Below, in pieces: positions 27,796-40,022 of a stretch of 64,000 nucleotides of DNA. The DNA is taken from assembly GCA_046760505.1 (NCBI GenBank), contig JBHIEG010000001.1, forward strand, positions 32,001 to 96,000, given 5' to 3'. This DNA is from Candidatus Hydrothermarchaeota archaeon. Its GTDB lineage: Archaea > CAYFZR01. The number at the start of each line of letters is the position of its first letter. The first letter of the stretch is position 1. A program made the translations under genes and the position numbers. The notes under the pieces were generated by a model, which worked only from the letters and a program-made list of their open reading frames with translations, ran no database searches and was not told the origin of the DNA.

Positions 27796-28020
27796 TCACT
27801 CCTTGGAAAAGATCTCTACTGCTTTTTCAACGGAAGACACTCTCTCAGTACATTCGTATCATGAACCCTCTCGAAGTATTCTTTCAGCCCTTCAGGCGTC
27901 TTCAGGTTCAGGCCAGTAAGTTGCCTACAGTTCACGTAACCAAACCTATCCTTGAATGCAGTTAAAAATTCATCGACCATATCGGTTGAGGATCTTCTTC
28001 TATGCTTGTTCTCCCACTCC
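27796..28020 (-). pseudogene. Frameshifted C-terminal remnant of a C-GCAxxG-C-C family redox protein
   Basis: Across frameshifts: GRTSIEEDPQPIW / MVDEFLTAFKDRFGYVNCRQLTGLNLKTPEGLKEYFERVHD / ECTERV / VEKAVEIFSKE*. N-terminus absent. Confidence 0.65.
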
Positions 28021-28113
28021 TACTTTTGCACTAAACACACAACCAGAAATCTAAACGGTCTTTGCTTTAATTTGTTCACAGGACCGATCTAGAGAAAAAG
28101 TATATTGAGAGAT

Positions 28114-28347
28114 CTATTTTACTTTCTTGGAGAATATTGTTCTCGTCTCAACGATTCCTTTGATTTGTAAGATCTTATCTGTTACTAGGTCTATAACCTT
28201 CTCGGGATCATCGATACCTATCTTCGCAAGAACGTCATATTGGCCTGTGATAAGATAAACTTCCAAAATCTGATCAATTTCTGCCATTTCTTCGGCAATG
28301 GTCTTTTCTTTTCCGGCCTCGGCTCTAACAACTATAAAAGCACTCAT
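28114..28347 (-). CDS. Stand-alone Lrp/AsnC ligand-binding (RAM) domain protein
   Basis: AFIVV.AEAGKE, EVYLITGQYDVLAKI, IKGIVETRT. Confidence 0.88.
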   Translation of the reverse strand: MSAFIVVRAEAGKEKTIAEEMAEIDQILEVYLITGQYDVLAKIGIDDPEKVIDLVTDKILQIKGIVETRTIFSKKVK

Positions 28348-28489
28348 CCTTTCACCCTATTATAATTGGAGAAGAAATTACTTAAGATTTATTCATGTAT
28401 CCCATCAATCGTGTATATTATCTCGTAGGTGTGTATCAAATAATGAGTAACCCAAAGTTAGAAATGGTAGTATTACTTAAGATAAAACC

Positions 28490-29212
28490 ATGTCCGAAAA
28501 AATGGAAACTTCTCGGAAGAATAAGTTTGCCAGATTTGACAAGGATTTTCTCAGGCAAATAGGGATGTTTAGCAAGCCGAGAAAATATAAGGCTCCAATC
28601 TCCAATGAAGAGTTAATGGAAGATTTAGAGAGATACAGAGAATTTGCTTTTAAGCTTGGATGTGAGGATGCGAAAATAATTCCAGGCTCGATGGTTAATG
28701 TGGATGAGAGGCTGAGATTAAAGTGCAGAATTTCCGCATGCCATCACTACAATAACTGCATAAACTGTCCGCCCTATTCCCCAACAGCCGAGGAGATGGC
28801 GAGAATCATTCCAAAATACAAGTATGCTTTGTTCATAAAAAGGGACGTTGATCCCAAAGAAGATTTCATAGATCCAAAGGAAGAAGATGACATAGCAAGA
28901 CATTACAGAAAAAATATGGAGATAGTAGGTCTCCTAGAGGCTCAAGCATTTAGTGATGGTTACTACTTCGCAATGGGCTTTGCAGGAGGTTCCTGCCAGC
29001 ATGCACTCTGCATGATGCAGCCCTGCAATGTTTTAAAGGGGGAAAGATGCAGGTTTATATTAAAAGCCCGACCTGCAATGGAGGCAGTGGGAATAGATGT
29101 CATAGACATTGCAATAAAGGTTGGATGGGAACTCTATCCGGTTCGAGCCAGACCAATTCCACCAGAAGAATTTCCATGTGCTAAAACTTTCGGTATTATC
29201 TTCGTTCACTGA
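28490..29212 (+). CDS. DUF2284 predicted metal-binding protein
   Basis: KCRISAC..Y..CINCPP, GGSCQ..LC....C......CRF...ARPAMEAVGIDV. Confidence 0.85.
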   Translation: MSEKMETSRKNKFARFDKDFLRQIGMFSKPRKYKAPISNEELMEDLERYREFAFKLGCEDAKIIPGSMVNVDERLRLKCRISACHHYNNCINCPPYSPTAEEMARIIPKYKYALFIKRDVDPKEDFIDPKEEDDIARHYRKNMEIVGLLEAQAFSDGYYFAMGFAGGSCQHALCMMQPCNVLKGERCRFILKARPAMEAVGIDVIDIAIKVGWELYPVRARPIPPEEFPCAKTFGIIFVH

Positions 29213-29295
29213 GACTTCTAAGCATTCCTTTTTATTTTTTTATACCTGATAGATGCCGCTAAGGTTTAAATCATTTGATAACTTTTATAGCTCCT

Positions 29296-30540
29296 ATGAG
29301 AGTGTACGTTGAGAGCTACGGCTGTACCATGAACAAGGGAGATGCGGATTTAATCAGAGGTATTCTATCAATGAATGGTTTCTCCTTGGTAGATTCCCTG
29401 AGCGAGGCAGATCTTGTTGTAATAAATACATGTACGGTAAAAGGACCCACAGAAAGAAAGATGATAAAAAGAATTAAAGAAATCAAAGAAACGAACAAAA
29501 AACTTGTTGTAAGCGGTTGCATGAGCATGGCTCAGCCCGAACTTGTAAAGAGGATTCATCCCAAGGCTATTCTTTTAGGACCTAAAAGCGTGGACAAGAT
29601 CATACCTGCAATAGAAAGGGATTCCGACTTTTTGGATGAAAAAACTCCAAACAAAACCGATTTACCAACAGCAGAGAATTCCAAAATAATACAGATCTCA
29701 GAGGGTTGCTTGGGGAACTGCTCATATTGTATAGTCAAAATGGCGAGAGGTCAATTAAAAAGCTTTCCTTTGAGGAACATAATTAAGAGGCTAAGAGAAT
29801 TCGTTGAAAAGGGAAGAAAGGAGATACTTCTAACCGCTTTGGACACCGCTGCCTACGGTCAGGACTTGGGTCTGAATTTGGCAGATCTTTTGTACGAGAT
29901 AGATAAAATTGATGGTGAATTTTGGGTTAGAGTAGGAATGATGAATCCATCTCATGCCTTAGATTTTACAGACGAATTAGTAAACGCTTTTAAATCAGAA
30001 AAAATTTATAAATTCCTGCATTTACCGGTTCAGAGCGGGGACGATGATATCTTGGAGAAGATGAACAGGAATTATACCGTCGATGATTTTAAGTATATCG
30101 TAAATAGATTTAGGAAGGAGATACCCTATTTAACTCTTTCAACAGATGTGATTGTGGGATTTCCTACTGAAACAGAAGAGCAATTTCAAAATACATATAA
30201 ACTAATTGAGAAAATAGAGCCGGACGTGCTTAACATAACAAGATTTTCCCCTAGACCTTTTACTGAGGCAAGCAGGATGAAACAAATACCTGACTGGATA
30301 AAAAAGAACAGATCTAGGAAAATAAATGAGTTGAGATCCCGAATCTCATTAGAGAAGAATAAAAGATGGATAGGAAAAAGATTAAAGGTTCTTATATCCG
30401 AAAAAGGTAAAAAAGATGATTTTATCGCTAGAACCTTCTCATACAAGCCTGTTATTGTCTCGAAGGATGGGAAGATGCTCAACGAGTTCATAGAGGTAGA
30501 TATCACCGGTGCCAAGGAAAATTACCTGTTAGGCTCTTAA
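29296..30540 (+). CDS. mtaB: tRNA t6A37 methylthiotransferase (archaeal MtaB/MiaB-like)
   Basis: ESYGCTMN, NTCTVK, SGC, EGCLGNCSYC, RVGMMNP, HLPVQSG, IVGFPTE, C-terminal TRAM. Symbol refers to the tRNA enzyme, not the methanol methyltransferase. Confidence 0.88.
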   Translation: MRVYVESYGCTMNKGDADLIRGILSMNGFSLVDSLSEADLVVINTCTVKGPTERKMIKRIKEIKETNKKLVVSGCMSMAQPELVKRIHPKAILLGPKSVDKIIPAIERDSDFLDEKTPNKTDLPTAENSKIIQISEGCLGNCSYCIVKMARGQLKSFPLRNIIKRLREFVEKGRKEILLTALDTAAYGQDLGLNLADLLYEIDKIDGEFWVRVGMMNPSHALDFTDELVNAFKSEKIYKFLHLPVQSGDDDILEKMNRNYTVDDFKYIVNRFRKEIPYLTLSTDVIVGFPTETEEQFQNTYKLIEKIEPDVLNITRFSPRPFTEASRMKQIPDWIKKNRSRKINELRSRISLEKNKRWIGKRLKVLISEKGKKDDFIARTFSYKPVIVSKDGKMLNEFIEVDITGAKENYLLGS

Positions 30541-30555
30541 ATAAATCAAATTAAA

Positions 30556-30873
30556 TCAACATCCCGTGGGCTCTATAGCCTGCTCTTCAGACCAGAGCAT
30601 TATCAGATTTTTGTTTTCTAGCCTCTTCAGCACTCCATATAACAACTCGGGATCTAAATCTGTTCTTATCGAAAGTTCCAGAAGGGATATCGCTTCTTCG
30701 TTAGAACTGGGGATATGGGTGAATACCATACCTTCAAGCCCATCTAATTTAACCTTCTTCTTAATAAATGAAGCAATCTTTAACTTTCTGGGTATTAATA
30801 CGACTTTAACAGGATCGCCTTCCCTTTCTGTCCCTTCAAACTTTTCAACACAGTATATTTTTCCTATGTCCAT
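30556..30873 (-). CDS. PqqD/RRE-like winged-helix protein
   Basis: VVLIPRK..FIKKKVKLDGLEGMVF...ISLLELS...LYGVLKRLENKNLI follows the PqqD pattern. Confidence 0.5.
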   Translation of the reverse strand: MDIGKIYCVEKFEGTEREGDPVKVVLIPRKLKIASFIKKKVKLDGLEGMVFTHIPSSNEEAISLLELSIRTDLDPELLYGVLKRLENKNLIMLWSEEQAIEPTGC

Positions 30874-31406
30874 TCAATATCACTTGAATCTAAAATTTTT
30901 CCGTTCAAGACTTCTTCTATTTGTTTAAGAGCCCACTCATGGTCTTCTTCGTTCAACCCTGCTACGCAATCTCTCGGTACTGTTATCCTGTAACCTAGAT
31001 TGACTGCATCACTCGAAGTATAGAGCACGCATATATTCGTAACGATTCCGGTGATTATTAATTCCTCCACCTTAAATTCTCTGAGAATTGAATCTAAATC
31101 AGTGCCAAAAAATCCACTATACTTCCTTTTACGAACGATATAATCATTTTTTTCAGGTTTTAGTTCATCTATAACTTCTGATCCTTCTGTGCCGCTCACA
31201 CAGTGTCTGGGCCATATATCGAATTCAGGATCATCTTCTCTATGACTATCACATATATATATTACCATAGTTTTTGTTTTTCTAGCCTTTTCAATCAAAT
31301 TTTTTATTGGATTAATGATATTTCTAGATTCTGGAACTTCCAGTGGTGCATTTTCTTTAACAAAATCTTTTAACATGTCTATGATTAGCAATGCCTTCAT
31401 AACCAT
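30864..31406 (-). CDS. Isochorismatase/nicotinamidase-family cysteine hydrolase
   Basis: IIDMLKDF, DSH..DDPEF..WPRHC, KRKYSGF, GIVTNICV. Confidence 0.9.
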   Translation of the reverse strand: MVMKALLIIDMLKDFVKENAPLEVPESRNIINPIKNLIEKARKTKTMVIYICDSHREDDPEFDIWPRHCVSGTEGSEVIDELKPEKNDYIVRKRKYSGFFGTDLDSILREFKVEELIITGIVTNICVLYTSSDAVNLGYRITVPRDCVAGLNEEDHEWALKQIEEVLNGKILDSSDIEWT

Positions 31407-31454
31407 CCCAAATTTAATTAAACAAATGTGCTTAAGTATTTGTCGCGCCCAGAA

Positions 31455-31754
31455 TTAGGTGAATTTAAAGAGCAAAAATTCTAGTAGTAGAGCAGAGAGT
31501 AAAATGATCCAGAATACAGGGTGGGTGAATATGAGGTTAAATCTCATCTTCCATGTAACGTGAGGAGTTAGATACTTGTTTAGTTCGAGTTCAACCTCTC
31601 TTATGAGATCGAGATTATCGAATTGAGGGTTGTTCTTGATGAGTTCTAGGTTTCTGCTAATTTCCATTCTTCTTCGAACTGGAATATTTCTCTGAACTTT
31701 CCTGAACTTATTCTCCAGATCCGTCACTACGTCAATACCAGCTTCCATAGCCAT
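31455..31754 (-). CDS. Hypothetical protein with C-terminal TM helix
   Basis: 99-aa ORF in an otherwise empty gap; hydrophobic C-terminus. Confidence 0.55.
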   Translation of the reverse strand: MAMEAGIDVVTDLENKFRKVQRNIPVRRRMEISRNLELIKNNPQFDNLDLIREVELELNKYLTPHVTWKMRFNLIFTHPVFWIILLSALLLEFLLFKFT

Positions 31755-31884
31755 CTTCTCTAATCTAAATCGTTGTGATTTAGATGATAAACAACTTTTT
31801 AATTTGTAAAACCTATTTAATATACTTTTTCGTTTTGAAATTTTGGATATGATTTTTGTATAAGTTTTTAGTAACTAAAAAATA

Positions 31885-32442
31885 ATGGAAGTTCATTTGT
31901 TGCGGATCGGTGAAGTTGAGGATAAAATATTGAGCGAGATAAAGAATGATGTAGAAGAGGCTTTCAAGGGAATTGTTACGATAAAACTATCGGATACTTT
32001 CCTATCAATTCCTGAAGAATCATGGAACAAAAGTAGGAGACAATACAAGTCAGATATCATCTTAGAAAAAATAGACAAAATGGGAAGAAATATGGGGCTC
32101 ATTTTGGTGGGAATCACTCCAGAAGACCTTTACGTTTCAGGACTGAACTTTGTTTTCGGTCAGGCAAAGATACACGGAAATGCCTGTATAGTTTCCTTAC
32201 ACAGACTGAGACCTGAATTCTATGGATCTATTGTGAGCGGAGAAGTGTTAAAAAAGAGATTGAAAAAAGAGATAATCCATGAGTTAGGACACGTCCTTGG
32301 ATTGACTCACTGCTTTGATAAAAGTTGTGTAATGTCGTTTTCTAATAGCATAAAGGATGTGGATTACAAAAGAGAGGAATTGTGTCATAATTGCTGGAGG
32401 AAGTTGAATGAAGATAAGATCCATGTCCCATTCAGACTTTGA
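31885..32442 (+). CDS. amzA: Archaemetzincin
   Basis: RRQY, DLYVSGLNFVFG, HELGHVLGLTHC...CVMSFSNS..DVD.K...C..C. Confidence 0.92.
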   Translation: MEVHLLRIGEVEDKILSEIKNDVEEAFKGIVTIKLSDTFLSIPEESWNKSRRQYKSDIILEKIDKMGRNMGLILVGITPEDLYVSGLNFVFGQAKIHGNACIVSLHRLRPEFYGSIVSGEVLKKRLKKEIIHELGHVLGLTHCFDKSCVMSFSNSIKDVDYKREELCHNCWRKLNEDKIHVPFRL

Positions 32443-32851
32443 CAGAGTGATAGAAATTGAAAGGGCATCATTTAAAGATCCGTGGTCACATATCAGTTTT
32501 CTGGATTTATTTCACTTCAGCCCAAAGGGATTCATTGTAGTAGAGGTCCAAGGCGAAATTGTTGGATACGCAATATATGTTCTAGAAACCAATGAAATAG
32601 GACACCTCCTGTCAATCGCAGTAGATCCTAACTGGAGAAGGAAAAAAATAGGTACCTCTCTAATGAACTATATTATAGAGGACCTAAGAAACAAGGGAGT
32701 AAAATATCTTAAGCTAGAGGTCAGGGAAGGAAATCTTCCTGCAATAAAGTTGTACAAATCACTCGGGTTTTTGGAAATTGAAATCATACGCTATTATTAT
32801 AGTGATGGTGAAAATGCGATACTGATGGTTAAGGATATAAGCAGAGAGTAA
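32408..32851 (+). CDS. rimI: RimI/Ard1-like N-acetyltransferase
   Basis: IERASFKDPW, HLLSIAVDP.WRRKKIG, LEVREGN..AI.LY, YYSDGENA. Confidence 0.85.
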   Translation: MKIRSMSHSDFDRVIEIERASFKDPWSHISFLDLFHFSPKGFIVVEVQGEIVGYAIYVLETNEIGHLLSIAVDPNWRRKKIGTSLMNYIIEDLRNKGVKYLKLEVREGNLPAIKLYKSLGFLEIEIIRYYYSDGENAILMVKDISRE

Positions 32852-32927
32852 GTGCAATCAAAGGTTAAAAAACCAACTTTTAAGGTACTTTTTAATCACC
32901 ATTCTGAACATCCTCTTAATCGTAAGA

Positions 32928-32970
32928 TTTATATATGACATCTAACGCAAGATTATTTAGTGGGTCTAAC
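32928..32970 (+). promoter_or_regulatory. hsp20-cdc48 promoter: TATA box plus CTAAC-containing putative heat-shock operator
   Basis: TTTATATA at 32928-32935; TCTAAC at 32941 and 32965; TTAG-N5-CTAA palindrome at 32957-32969. Confidence 0.45.
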
Positions 32971-32988
32971 ACTCATGAGGTGATGAAA

Positions 32989-35726
<2,738 letters not shown>

Positions 35727-35764
35727 TAAGGGTGTATCCTTCCACCCCAATTTTTCAGAAATTA

Positions 35765-36196
35765 TCAGATCGCTATACCGTGTTCCTCTTTCATTATATT
35801 CAAAACCACCATGGTGTACGTTCTTTTAACGTGCTCCATTGCCAAAACTTTTTTTACGAAATCGTTCAAACTGGAACGATCTTTGAATTTAGCCACGATT
35901 ATGGCATCGTACTCTCCAGTAACGTCATAAACTGCAGAAACATTCGGTTCATCTGCGATCTTTTTTTCTATCTCTAATAAATGTCCACCCTCCACAATAA
36001 TACCGATTATCGCAGCTAAGTCATAACCCAACTTTGAGTAATCTATGTTTGGAATGAATCCTTTTATTATTTTAAGTTCTCGAAGCTTGTTAAATCTATT
36101 GTACACCGTTCCCTTGGCAACATCCAATTTATTGGCTAACGCCCTGAAGCTCTGGCGTGCATCTTTCTTTAATTCTCTGAGTATGTTTAAATCCAA
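35765..36196 (-). CDS. Lrp/AsnC-family transcriptional regulator (N-terminus possibly clipped)
   Basis: LDLNILRELKKDARQSFRALA, GTVYNR, IDYSKLG, VYDVTGEYD. Only a TTG start, with no upstream space. Confidence 0.85.
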   Translation of the reverse strand: MDLNILRELKKDARQSFRALANKLDVAKGTVYNRFNKLRELKIIKGFIPNIDYSKLGYDLAAIIGIIVEGGHLLEIEKKIADEPNVSAVYDVTGEYDAIIVAKFKDRSSLNDFVKKVLAMEHVKRTYTMVVLNIMKEEHGIAI

Positions 36197-36199
36197 GTC

Positions 36200-36526
36200 A
36201 TGGGGATTATCAGGGATGAAAAATTGGAGGATGTTAAGATAGCGCTTGAGAAAGTCGGAATCATAGGACTAAATGTAACAGAGGTCAAGGGCAGGGGTCG
36301 CCAGAAGGGAATTCCACTTCAATGGCGAGCCACTACGTACATTGTAGATATGCTTCCGAAAATAAAACTGGACATTGTGGTAAAGGATGAGGACTTGGAA
36401 AAAGTTGTTAATACAATCCTAGAATCGGCATGGACAGGTAACTTTGGCGATGGAATGATTTTCGTTATTCCGGTGGAGGAGGTGATAAGGGTCAGAACCG
36501 GAGAGAGGGGAGAGGATGCATTATGA
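36200..36526 (+). CDS. glnK: P-II nitrogen regulatory protein (GlnK/GlnB), N-terminus clipped
   Basis: IIRDEKLEDVK, VKGRGRQKG, LPKIKLDIVV, TGNFGDGMIFV.PVEEVIRVRTGERG. Lacks the usual MKKIE start. Confidence 0.85.
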   Translation: MGIIRDEKLEDVKIALEKVGIIGLNVTEVKGRGRQKGIPLQWRATTYIVDMLPKIKLDIVVKDEDLEKVVNTILESAWTGNFGDGMIFVIPVEEVIRVRTGERGEDAL

Positions 36527-36777
36527 GTAGTTAGAGGTCCAAGATCAACCGAGTCTTGCCTCTATCTATTTCTCTCGTTTTCTGGATATGCATCACAGAA
36601 AAAGTAAGAATTCATCAAGAATTTATCCATGGACATGATAGGGAGAAACTAAGATTCTTAAGTTAAATCCAGAAAACACCCCCATCACAAAAGTGTAACA
36701 AAAAGCATACAATAGAAATTCCGTTTAGAGGGATAAGTGCGTGGAAGATGCGGAACATCGTAGGTTACTCTCAGATT

Positions 36778-37755
36778 CTAAAGTTTTCTGAACTTTTTTA
36801 TATCAATTATGGATTCCATGGCCATTGTCTCCGTTTCAAATCCCTTTTCTTCTACTGCTGCCATAGAATTGACTCCACCTATCAGAGATATACCAATCTT
36901 GTCTTTTCCAACAGGTATTCCAAGCAAAGGCTGATTTGGCTCTCCAAATTCTAATAGACCTGTGAAACCTCTCCTTTCCATTAACTCTAATATCTCTCTC
37001 GCCTGTTCTTTGGCAACCATCGGTATCTCCCTAAAGTTTGCTAAAATCTTGCCTTTTCCTGTTTCTATTGTTTCATTGATGGATGTTATCCTCTTTGTCA
37101 TGAAAACCTCGAGTGGATCCAAGGAGGATCCATGGTATGATATTGCATCCGAAAATCTATAGGGCCTATGATCCAGCATTTGAACTACTCCACCGAACCT
37201 TGGCTCTACGGGGATTCCAGACTTTAAGAGTACTCCGTCAAATGTTATGCTACATATGGTTGAGATACCACTTTTATCTCTCGGAACCTCATATTCGCCT
37301 ATTATCTCGCCCTCATCTACCACTAGCACATGAGAGCTTATTGACAAGCCCGCATCATGGACCTTTCGCATTATTTCAAGTATTTCCTCTACATATTTTT
37401 TGTCAACAAAGCTTATATTGCTCGCTACTGCTCCTTTGTCAGTTTTGGGATCGTAGGTCACGTAGTACGCTATTGTTTCAATTTTTGTTATGATGAATCC
37501 CAATCTATCATGAACCAGTGCATTTTCCAACTCTTCTATACCTTTTTTTGTAATAATTCGACCTGCTTGCCCATGTTTTTTCGTTAATCCTCTTTCATCC
37601 ATGATCCTTAGATAATATCTGACCGCCCTTTCTCCTATTGTATAACCCGCATCTGCCAGTTCTCTTGCTATTATTCTTGCTCCAACTGGACCTTTTCTGT
37701 TTTTGAGGCATCTCAATATTTCAATTATCTTTCTTTGTATATCTACATCTTCCAT
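36778..37755 (-). CDS. nrpR: Nitrogen repressor NrpR (HTH plus single NRD unit, NrpRI-like)
   Basis: GARIIA.EL...GY.IGERAVRYYL..MDE.GLT, TICSITFDGVLL..GIP, SSLDPLEVF, ILANFREIP, GGVN...AVEE.G. Confidence 0.92.
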   Translation of the reverse strand: MEDVDIQRKIIEILRCLKNRKGPVGARIIARELADAGYTIGERAVRYYLRIMDERGLTKKHGQAGRIITKKGIEELENALVHDRLGFIITKIETIAYYVTYDPKTDKGAVASNISFVDKKYVEEILEIMRKVHDAGLSISSHVLVVDEGEIIGEYEVPRDKSGISTICSITFDGVLLKSGIPVEPRFGGVVQMLDHRPYRFSDAISYHGSSLDPLEVFMTKRITSINETIETGKGKILANFREIPMVAKEQAREILELMERRGFTGLLEFGEPNQPLLGIPVGKDKIGISLIGGVNSMAAVEEKGFETETMAMESIIDIKKFRKL

Positions 37756-37855
37756 AGCGATTACTCCATGCGGGATCTGTTTTCCAGTATAGAAAGACTC
37801 AAGATTATTTAAGTTCTACGCATCTTCAATAAAAGGAAAAAACCTTTGGTTAGGC

Positions 37856-39193
37856 TCAAAGCAGGTGGAGATATTTCTTTATCTCATATGGATGCACTTG
37901 GATGCTGTACTCCTCCCATTCCTTTTTCTTTAGATCTAGGAAGTTTTCATAGACATGATCTCCCAATGCTTTTCTAACTAGTTCACTATTCTCCATTTCC
38001 TCGATAGCCTCCTTTAATGAAGAAGGTAGGGACTCTATACCCAGTTCTTTCTTCTCTTCCTCGCTTAGAGCATAGATATCTCTTTCTATTGGCTCAGGAA
38101 GTTCGTATTTCTTTTTGATACCCTCCATGCCCGCTGCAAGCATTACCGAGAACGCAAGGTATGGATTGCAAGCGGGGTCTGGAGATCTGAGCTCCGCTCT
38201 CATCGCCAGTTCTTTTCCTGGTTTGTACATCGGTACTCTTATTAAGGCAGAGCGGTTTCTCCTTGCCCATGAGATATACACAGGCGCCTCGTATCCAGGC
38301 ACCAAACGCTTGTAGGAATTTACCCACTGGGCCAGTACTGCACAAATTTCCCTTGCATGGACGAGTTGACCTGCTATAAATCTTTTTCCAATATCAGAAA
38401 GCTTATACTCGTCATCAGGGTCGAAGAATGCATTTTTGTTCCCTTTAAACAAAGACTGATGGGTATGCATGCCGCTCGCATTCTCTCCAAATATAGGCTT
38501 CGGCATAAATGTGGCGTATACCCCATGGATCTGAGCAATTGCCTTTACCGCAAGCTTATACGATTGGGTATAATCAGCCATCCTCAGGGCATCTGTGAAT
38601 CTAAGATCTATCTCATGCTGACTTGGAGCCACTTCATGATGGCTGTATTCTACGCGTATGCCCATTTCTTCCAATGCAAAAATTGTCTCTCTCCTAAGAT
38701 CCGTTGCTAGGTCGAGCGGAATTAAGTCGAAGTAACCTCCCCTATCAAGCACTTCCGGCTCCTGTGAGGATTTAAAGTAGAAGTACTCTAGTTCAGGGCC
38801 AAGGTTATAGATGTACCCTTCTTTTTCGAGTTCTTTGAGATTTCTCTTCAATACATAACGGGGACAACCCTCAAAATTCTTTCCGCCAGGCTCTAATACA
38901 TCGCAGATTAATCTCGCAACACCTTTCTCCTTCGGCCTCCATGGAAGTATGGCAAATGTATCTGGGTCAGGCAACGCTACCATGTCGCTTTCTTCTATAT
39001 GCACGTACCCTGTTATAGATGAGCCATCAAAGCCCATGCCATCGTCGAGAGCATTTTCCAATTCCTCGAATGGAATTGCAAAACTTTTCAAAATACCCAA
39101 TATATCCGTAAATTGAAGTCTTATGAACTTTATATCTTTATTTTTACAGGTTTCTATAATCTCCTTTTTTTTCTCTTCTATTGTCTTTTCCAT
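37856..39193 (-). CDS. glnA: Glutamine synthetase type I
   Basis: FDGSSI, GPELEY, HHEVAPSQHEI, TFMPKP, SGMHTH, NSYKRLVPGYEAP, ELRSPDPACNPY. Confidence 0.97.
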   Translation of the reverse strand: MEKTIEEKKKEIIETCKNKDIKFIRLQFTDILGILKSFAIPFEELENALDDGMGFDGSSITGYVHIEESDMVALPDPDTFAILPWRPKEKGVARLICDVLEPGGKNFEGCPRYVLKRNLKELEKEGYIYNLGPELEYFYFKSSQEPEVLDRGGYFDLIPLDLATDLRRETIFALEEMGIRVEYSHHEVAPSQHEIDLRFTDALRMADYTQSYKLAVKAIAQIHGVYATFMPKPIFGENASGMHTHQSLFKGNKNAFFDPDDEYKLSDIGKRFIAGQLVHAREICAVLAQWVNSYKRLVPGYEAPVYISWARRNRSALIRVPMYKPGKELAMRAELRSPDPACNPYLAFSVMLAAGMEGIKKKYELPEPIERDIYALSEEEKKELGIESLPSSLKEAIEEMENSELVRKALGDHVYENFLDLKKKEWEEYSIQVHPYEIKKYLHLL

Positions 39194-39229
39194 GATCTCA
39201 CCACCTCCCTATCCATGAACTTCATCGAC

Positions 39230-39260
39230 TAGGAAGGAGGTTTCCTATGTTGTATATATA
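39230..39260 (-). promoter_or_regulatory. glnA promoter with NrpR operator
   Basis: TAGGAA-GGAGGT-TTCCTA at 39230-39247 fits GGAA-N6-TTCC; TATATATA at 39253-39260 lies just upstream on the minus strand. Confidence 0.85.
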
Positions 39261-39299
39261 TTCTTCGCCAAGGTAACTTCAGCCAGAAAAGGATTCGCA

Positions 39300-39956
39300 T
39301 TATTTTTTGACTATTTTTACTCCTTCTTTGGACCCTACCAGAACTCTTTCAACGGGACAGGTAAATATTCCGTTTTCTACCACGCCAGGTATTGAATTCA
39401 ACTCAATTTCTAATTCTTTTGGCTTATCTAAATCTTTTACCTCTAAATCACAAATAAAATTACCAAAATCAGTTATAAAAGGTCTATTTTCTTTCCATCT
39501 CAGGGAAGGATTGCCTATTTTCTTCAATTCCTCTTCTACAACTCTCAATGCCTTTGGTATCACCTCTACAGGAATCGGGTGAGAAAATTTCTCGACCATT
39601 TTTCTCTCTTCAACAATGACTATGAACCTCCTAGCGCTATAATCAACAATTTTTTCTAAAGTATGGGCTCCTCCTCCACCTTTTATAAGAATAAGATCGC
39701 TGTTGACTTGATCGGCACCATCTATCGCTATATCACATTCGTATTCATTTAATGAGGCTACTTTTATGTTGTTTTCTATGGCTAAAAGCATTGACTGGTA
39801 AGAAGTAGGAATTCCTATCACGTCTAAGCCATTCCTAACCTCTTTTCCCAAGGCAACTATGAACTCCGCTACCGTGGATCCTGTTCCAATGCCCACAACA
39901 TCGCCATCTTTAATGTATTTTAATGCCTCTTTGGCTAGTAATTTTTTTGCGTGCAT
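39300..39956 (-). CDS. rpiA: Ribose-5-phosphate isomerase A
   Basis: GIGTGST, DGADQV, IKGGGGAHTLEKIV, PVEV, TDFGN, PGVVENGIF. Confidence 0.95.
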   Translation of the reverse strand: MHAKKLLAKEALKYIKDGDVVGIGTGSTVAEFIVALGKEVRNGLDVIGIPTSYQSMLLAIENNIKVASLNEYECDIAIDGADQVNSDLILIKGGGGAHTLEKIVDYSARRFIVIVEERKMVEKFSHPIPVEVIPKALRVVEEELKKIGNPSLRWKENRPFITDFGNFICDLEVKDLDKPKELEIELNSIPGVVENGIFTCPVERVLVGSKEGVKIVKK

Positions 39957-40022
39957 TAAAAACCCTCTAACCCATTGTTTATCTCTCCTAAATATTTATA
40001 TTATTGCACTTACCGTTAAACC

